64,000 nucleotides of DNA, from NCBI RefSeq assembly GCF_025175675.1, contig NZ_JANIOA010000011.1:51864-115863 (forward strand), given 5' to 3'. The position numbers were made by a program, and so were the translations under genes. The notes under the pieces are model-generated. The model searched no databases. It was not told the DNA's origin and worked only from the letters and a program-made list of their open reading frames with translations. The DNA comes from Sedimenticola hydrogenitrophicus. GTDB taxonomy: Bacteria > Pseudomonadota > Gammaproteobacteria > Chromatiales > Chromatiaceae. Positions 59,172 through 64,000 of this stretch are shown here, piece after piece; the first letter of the stretch is position 1, and each line of letters starts with the position of its first letter.

Positions 59172-60523
59172 TTGGCGCCAACTGGTAGCTTCTCCTGAAG
59201 ACCGGGGAACGCCGCGAAGACCATCTCCAGCAGACGCTGAGGTGACCGGGCCAACGCATCGGTGGTGGGGATTTCGAGTTCGGTTTCATACTTGTCGATG
59301 GCCGCGCTGATCTCGGCATCGCTCATATACTCATGGTTGATCGTGAGCCCGATGACCCGTGTATCGGCGAAGGTCTGAATCAAGTTGATCTCGCTGGCCG
59401 GCGACGGCATGGCCATCTGGTTGAAGTCACAGCGGGCCACACGTCCCGGTGCATGCTGCAACACCACCGCATCGGGGCAACTGCCGCGCAGAATGAACGA
59501 TGTGGTCGAGAACGCCGGATGACTCAGCGCGCCTTGCCCCTCGATGATAATGACATCGGGCTGCTCTGCCTCGAACGCTTCGACGATGGTGGCTTCCAGT
59601 TCGCCGGCACAGAACTGCGACGGCACTGCATCCATCGCGATGCCGTAACGGGCGCCCTGGATCAGACCGGTTTGCCCCGTGCCGACCAGCACCGCCTTTA
59701 AACCGACATCCTTGAGGGCACGGGCGAGAACGGTGGCCGTAGTGCGCTTGCCAATGGCGCAGTCGGTGCCCAGCACGGCGATACGCGGGCAGGTTACCTC
59801 GTTGATACGGCCGCTGAACATCCGCAGATCCTTCTTCGGGCGAGGCTTGCGAACGTCAAGAATACTGACGTTGTTGGCTATGCGGGCCGCCGTGAACTCC
59901 GGATCATCGTTCAAGAACTCATGCAGACCGTTCACGATATTCATGCCGAGGCCGATGGCACTGAGCACGAGCTCACGCTCGTACACGGATAACATACCAC
60001 TGGCGGGCGCCATACCAAAGATGAAGTAATCCGGCACACAGCCCGCCTGCTTGAGTGAAGCGGTCAGATCGTGACAAATCGGGATGCCGTTTGGCTTATC
60101 GTCGAGCACCGTGCCGGTATCGAACCCCGCCTTCTCGCTGTCGATGACCGAGAGAATCTGATACTTTTCCGAGTGCCGGACCAGCCCGTTCGCGGTCTTT
60201 CCATCAATCTCGCCGAAGTTTGCCTCGCAATAGACAATCGCGGTGGCAGCCGGTTTACGTACAGCACCGTCGCTATCAATGAGGCCAAGCTTTACACGTA
60301 TCGAGGATGGAGATGGGAGAGTTTCGGTATAAGCGGCGAGCGGTGAAGCGGGGATGAGAAGTGGCGCAACGGCAACCGGAGGGCCCTGCGGAGAATACGG
60401 GCGAGCCCGCTGCGGACCGGAATAAACTATGGACATAAGGGTTCCTTGAGCTGGACGGGGCTCAGAGGGCGCAATGTAGTGATTGCCGGACTGATATACC
60501 CGGTTGTCAAGAAGAGTCCCCAC
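59168..60523 (-). CDS. DUF1611-family protein (Rossmann-like N-terminus plus a P-loop-like C-terminal domain) with a Pro-rich N-terminal extension
   Basis: VYCEANFGEIDGKTANGLVR and VLGTDCAIGKRTTA motifs as recalled for DUF1611. Its stop overlaps the racemase-fold gene. Confidence 0.55.
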   Translation of the reverse strand: MGTLLDNRVYQSGNHYIAPSEPRPAQGTLMSIVYSGPQRARPYSPQGPPVAVAPLLIPASPLAAYTETLPSPSSIRVKLGLIDSDGAVRKPAATAIVYCEANFGEIDGKTANGLVRHSEKYQILSVIDSEKAGFDTGTVLDDKPNGIPICHDLTASLKQAGCVPDYFIFGMAPASGMLSVYERELVLSAIGLGMNIVNGLHEFLNDDPEFTAARIANNVSILDVRKPRPKKDLRMFSGRINEVTCPRIAVLGTDCAIGKRTTATVLARALKDVGLKAVLVGTGQTGLIQGARYGIAMDAVPSQFCAGELEATIVEAFEAEQPDVIIIEGQGALSHPAFSTTSFILRGSCPDAVVLQHAPGRVARCDFNQMAMPSPASEINLIQTFADTRVIGLTINHEYMSDAEISAAIDKYETELEIPTTDALARSPQRLLEMVFAAFPGLQEKLPVGAK

Positions 60524-60815
60524 TAAGCGGTGGGGTTAAGCGACCCTCAGGTTAACACGGATCTTCCGAAGAGTTGGGAAATACTTGAGGTTTCCGACCA
60601 AAGGTGGTCACAGTTACTCATCAGCGGTAGCCATGCAGCGTCCAATTGTATTGCTGTACCTCGCCTCCCGGAATGACAAGACCAGCGAACGATGGGGTCA
60701 GACTCGATGAAAGTTAGGTTCTGGTGGTCTTTGCGGGGACAGGCGCTTAGTTGTCCCCGCGCACATCATATTCCTCATTGCCTTCGCTGCACTTACTGTT
60801 CTGCATACAGCACGA

Positions 60816-61400
60816 TCACACCCCGGGAACCGCACCACTCATCCTGTTCTGCAAGGTACCACTGCCCGCCCCCAGTGCCCGCTGCATCATGACGGTGTCG
60901 ACCCACCGGCCAAGCTTGAAGCCAACGGCCTCGAGCGTGCCCACGCTACGGAAACCGAGCCGCGCGTGCAGGGCAATGGAACCGGTATTACCGCTGTCCC
61001 CGATCACCGCCACCATCTGGCGCCAGGGGCCGGTTTCGCAACGGGCGATCAGAGCGGCAAGCAGGGCCATCCCGATACCCCGACCCTGCATCCCGTCCGC
61101 CACGTAGACCGAATCTTCGATTGTATTACGATAGGCGGGACGGGGCCGATAGGTCGTCGCATAGCAGTAGCCGACGACCCCGCCGTCCAGTTCCGCAACC
61201 AGGTAGGGGAGACCGAGGGCAAGTACGTTTTCCCGCCGAAACAGCAACTCGTCCGCCGTGGGGGGAATCTCCTCGAAGGTCGCCAGGCCGTGCAATACCT
61301 CTTGCTTATAGATCTGCTTGATTGCGGGGATGTCCGCGTTCGTTGCATCCCGGACGATGACTCCGGAATTCAGCGTTGAGTTAACCTGCCACATCGGCAC
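60816..61400 (-). CDS. GNAT-family N-acetyltransferase (phosphinothricin/methionine-sulfoximine acetyltransferase-like)
   Basis: Acetyl-CoA binding motif QGRGIGMALL and PAT-like length (194 aa). Confidence 0.8.
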   Translation of the reverse strand: MPMWQVNSTLNSGVIVRDATNADIPAIKQIYKQEVLHGLATFEEIPPTADELLFRRENVLALGLPYLVAELDGGVVGYCYATTYRPRPAYRNTIEDSVYVADGMQGRGIGMALLAALIARCETGPWRQMVAVIGDSGNTGSIALHARLGFRSVGTLEAVGFKLGRWVDTVMMQRALGAGSGTLQNRMSGAVPGV

Positions 61401-61473
61401 ACTACTGCAATGAACTTAAGGGCGTTAGCTGCACAAATTATGGAACTTGGTTAAAAGTGCCTTATTGCCTCGC

Positions 61474-62187
61474 TTATTCCCGTAGATTAGCGACAAACCG
61501 ATGATCTCCGGAGTGCTTTCGCATTCGGTACAAGGTCGCAGGCCGCCCCCGCTCCGTACGCTGCTGTCCTGTATCGATCAACAAATCTGCTTGCTCTATC
61601 CGGCGCCGGAATGATTTCTTTTGTAGGGGTTTGCCGAGCAATACTTCATGGACATGCTGCAACTCTGGCAAGGTAAATTTGTCCGGAAGCGTATAGGCCG
61701 GGACGATAGAGTAAAGCGCCTTCTGCCGAAGGCGCTCTACCCCAATCCGGATAAGTTCCTGATGATCGAAGGCCAAACTGATTCTATCCAGTCCCGCAAT
61801 ATCAAACCATTGCGCATCCTGGACCGTTGAAATACCCGCTTCGCAGACTTGGTAGCCGATAAGCGCGGTGTAGCAAACCGTGACGGACCAACCCCGTTTA
61901 TCCCGTTTGCTGTTACCCATGGTCGCCAACTGGTCAATATAGGGAGGAGCGACACCGGTTTTTTCTTTCACTTTCCGAATCACAGTTTCTTCCAGATTCT
62001 CGTCGGCCTGCATGTCGACAAAGCCGCCGGGAAGGCACCATTTACCCCGGTCCGGATGATTGGCGCGCTCAACAAGAAGCACTTTCAAGGCGCCTTCATG
62101 GAATGTGAAAAGCACTGCATCCACCGTGACCAGCGGGCTATCGTGGTCTTTTGGATTGTATGCCTCCAAAAAGGCTTTCTCACTCAT
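61474..62187 (-). CDS. Nudix-domain protein with a C-terminal winged-helix; NrtR-like regulator of NAD metabolism
   Basis: Degenerate Nudix box (GGFVDMQADENLEETVIRKVKEKTG) plus a basic C-terminal domain. An NAD-kinase-like gene lies divergently downstream. Confidence 0.6.
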   Translation of the reverse strand: MSEKAFLEAYNPKDHDSPLVTVDAVLFTFHEGALKVLLVERANHPDRGKWCLPGGFVDMQADENLEETVIRKVKEKTGVAPPYIDQLATMGNSKRDKRGWSVTVCYTALIGYQVCEAGISTVQDAQWFDIAGLDRISLAFDHQELIRIGVERLRQKALYSIVPAYTLPDKFTLPELQHVHEVLLGKPLQKKSFRRRIEQADLLIDTGQQRTERGRPATLYRMRKHSGDHRFVANLRE

Positions 62188-62351
62188 TCATGGCCTCACA
62201 GTCTGTCGATTTAATCCTAGATTACCCTCGCATTGCGACTGTGCGCAACGAATTTGTGTCTTTTTGACAAAAACCTTGACATATAGTGTCTTATAGTCAC
62301 TATAATGCAAGTGACAGTTAGTCACTAACAATGAAATCAAGGAGAGCAGCC

Positions 62352-63374
62352 ATGTTAGGTATAAAATTTTACAAAGCCGATTCATCCACGTTTGTCATCA
62401 AGAGTTCCGATGGAAGGATACGCCGAAAGGGCAAGGGGCTGAGTTTCTTCTATAGCCCGGCCACCACATCGATCGCCTCGATTCCCGTCAACGTACAGGA
62501 GGCACCGTTCATATTTGGACTGCAGACCGCAGACTTTCAGGAAGTTCGGGTTCAGGGACAGATAAGCTACCGCATCGTCGATCCGGAACGCATAGCCGAT
62601 GTGATGAACTTTAATCTCAACCGCAAAGGGTAAAATTACACATCCGAGGATCCATTAAAGCTCAACGACCGGGTGGTGCGGGCCGTGCAAACCGTCATCC
62701 AGAGTGAGGTGGAAGGGGTTTCGTTGCGGGAGTCACTGCAACTTAGTAAGCCACTCGTGGAAATCATCAAAACTCAGCTGGGCGACCAGACCGCGATCGG
62801 CTCCCTGGGTATTGAAATAGTGGATGCCTCCATATCCGCCATCAAGCCTTCTCCGGAGACCATTAAGGCGCTGGAGGCGGAAACCCGTGAATCGATATTG
62901 AAAGAGGCGGATGACGCCATCTACCTGAGGCGCAAGGCCGCAGTCGAGCAAGAGAGAACCATCAAGGAGGCGGAACTGGAAACGGAACTCTCCATTCAGC
63001 GGAAAGAGCAGGAGATCGAAGAGTCGCGTATAACCAATGAGCGGTCGGTGCTACACGGCGAAGCCGAGACAGAGCAAGAACGGATACGGGCTCAGATTGA
63101 CGCCGAGGAGAAGCGCAAGCAGTTGGTAATTTTAAACGCCGAGAACAGCGGGCAGAAAGCGGATGCGGAAGCCTATGCCATCGAGGCCAGGATGCAAGCA
63201 TTCAAAACGCTTCCGGTTGAAAATCTCAAGGCGATGGCGCTGGCCAATATGAACCCGGAACAGCTGATGGCGATGGCGTTTGATTCCCTGGCGCAAAACG
63301 CAGGAAAAATCGGTGAGTTGAACATCAGTCCCGATTTGTTCGGCAAGCTGATGAAGAGGTCGGTATCAAAATGA
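62352..63374 (+). pseudogene. SPFH/band-7 (flotillin-like) gene interrupted by a single in-frame TAA (62631-62633)
   Basis: Track ORFs 62331..62633 and 62673..63374 are in the same frame. The translation is continuous across the stop (..NLNRKG*NYTSEDPLKLNDRVVRAVQTV..). A strong SD (aaggaga) lies before the ATG at 62352. The C-terminus is an EA-rich coiled coil. Confidence 0.6.
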
Positions 63375-63388
63375 GCAATAAAAATGCT

Positions 63389-64000
63389 ATGCGAAAAAGG
63401 AACTAGACGCGCTACATTCTGGTCACCCGCAAGACCCGGCTTCAGGAGCTGGTTGAACGCTTCAATACCTGGTCACAGGCGCAGTTTTATCTGGAACACA
63501 ATCAGGTCGATGCGCAAGATTATCTGGATGAGCATGACCTGTACCAGCAGCGATTGTTGGAAGCGGAGCGGGTCCTGAAGGGGAGAGGACGATTTCAGCT
63601 ACTGGAACGCACTTTTTTGCCCAGCTATCAGTTTGGTCCCACTGATATCGTGGTGGTCATTGGCCAGGATGGACTGGTGGCCAACACGCTCAAGTATCTT
63701 AATGGCCAACCGGTCATTGGCATAAATCCGGATCCCGGTCGGTGGGACGGCAAGCTGCTGCCTTTTCAGATTGGTGATTTGGATGAGGTTATCGGGGACA
63801 CCGAAGACAATTCGGTCGGGCTGGAGTCGGTTACCTTCGCTGAGGCTCAAACCAACGATGGTCAACGGATGTTGGCCATCAACGACATCTTCATCGGCCC
63901 GAGAAGTCACACCTCGGCCAGATACAAACTCTCCTGGCGGGGTAAAAGCGAGTTTCAGTCTTCGTCGGGCATCATCGTATCGACCGGCTTCGGCTCCACC
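63389..64000 (+). pseudogene. NAD-kinase-family (ATP-NAD kinase-like) gene, 3' end beyond the window; ATG at 63389 is followed by an in-frame TAG (63404-63406) after 5 codons
   Basis: Own translation MRKRN*TRYILVTRKTRLQELVERF...GINPDPGRWDGKLLPF...NDIFIGPRSHTSARY...SSGIIVSTGFGST. The GxNxG and NDG...SAxGGS-type motifs are those of NAD kinase. Confidence 0.5.

Noticed and set aside
60524-60815. Long 5' leader upstream of the DUF1611 gene with a GCGGGGACA...TGTCCCCGC hairpin; considered as a riboswitch or terminator
   Set aside because: There is no T-run after the hairpin on either strand and no recognisable riboswitch consensus by eye. Left unannotated.

Overview
High-GC (about 60-65%) gammaproteobacterial chromosomal segment, read from sequence only. 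Pseudomonas-like conserved synteny at the 5' end: gltD-gltB, an AAA+/SPOR (PA5037/DamX-like) gene, aroB-aroK, pilQ-P-O-N-M, divergent ponA. Central-metabolism and housekeeping genes follow: gltA, rpmE, hemW, an aromatic/aspartate aminotransferase, mdh, maeB, a split TRAP transporter, an FAD-linked oxidase, alaX-like, rluA-family, uvrD. Then two acyl-CoA synthetases flanking a Glu/Leu/Phe/Val dehydrogenase, and an oxidative-stress cluster (oxyR, DUF2061, Prx-Grx hybrid, Vgb-like, NnrU, GST). Then MarC, NhaC and lrp. The 3' third (54.2-64 kb) is the most unusual part. Two different gene cassettes sit in tandem, each bounded by a copy of the lrp 3' end and a copy of a GNAT 3' end. Cassette 1 is NAD-epimerase / PAPS reductase / APS kinase / LysE. 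Cassette 2 is a PLP racemase-fold enzyme / DUF1611, followed by the intact GNAT. This points to a recombinational mosaic hot spot. Downstream come an NrtR-like regulator and two genes (flotillin-like, NAD-kinase-like) that each carry a single in-frame stop. The window is also littered with at least five families of small palindromic MITE/REP-like repeats. One is a 42-bp unit present as two copies (84 bp) inserted in frame right after codon 3 of pilQ. No rRNA, tRNA, CRISPR, integrase or transposase was recognised.
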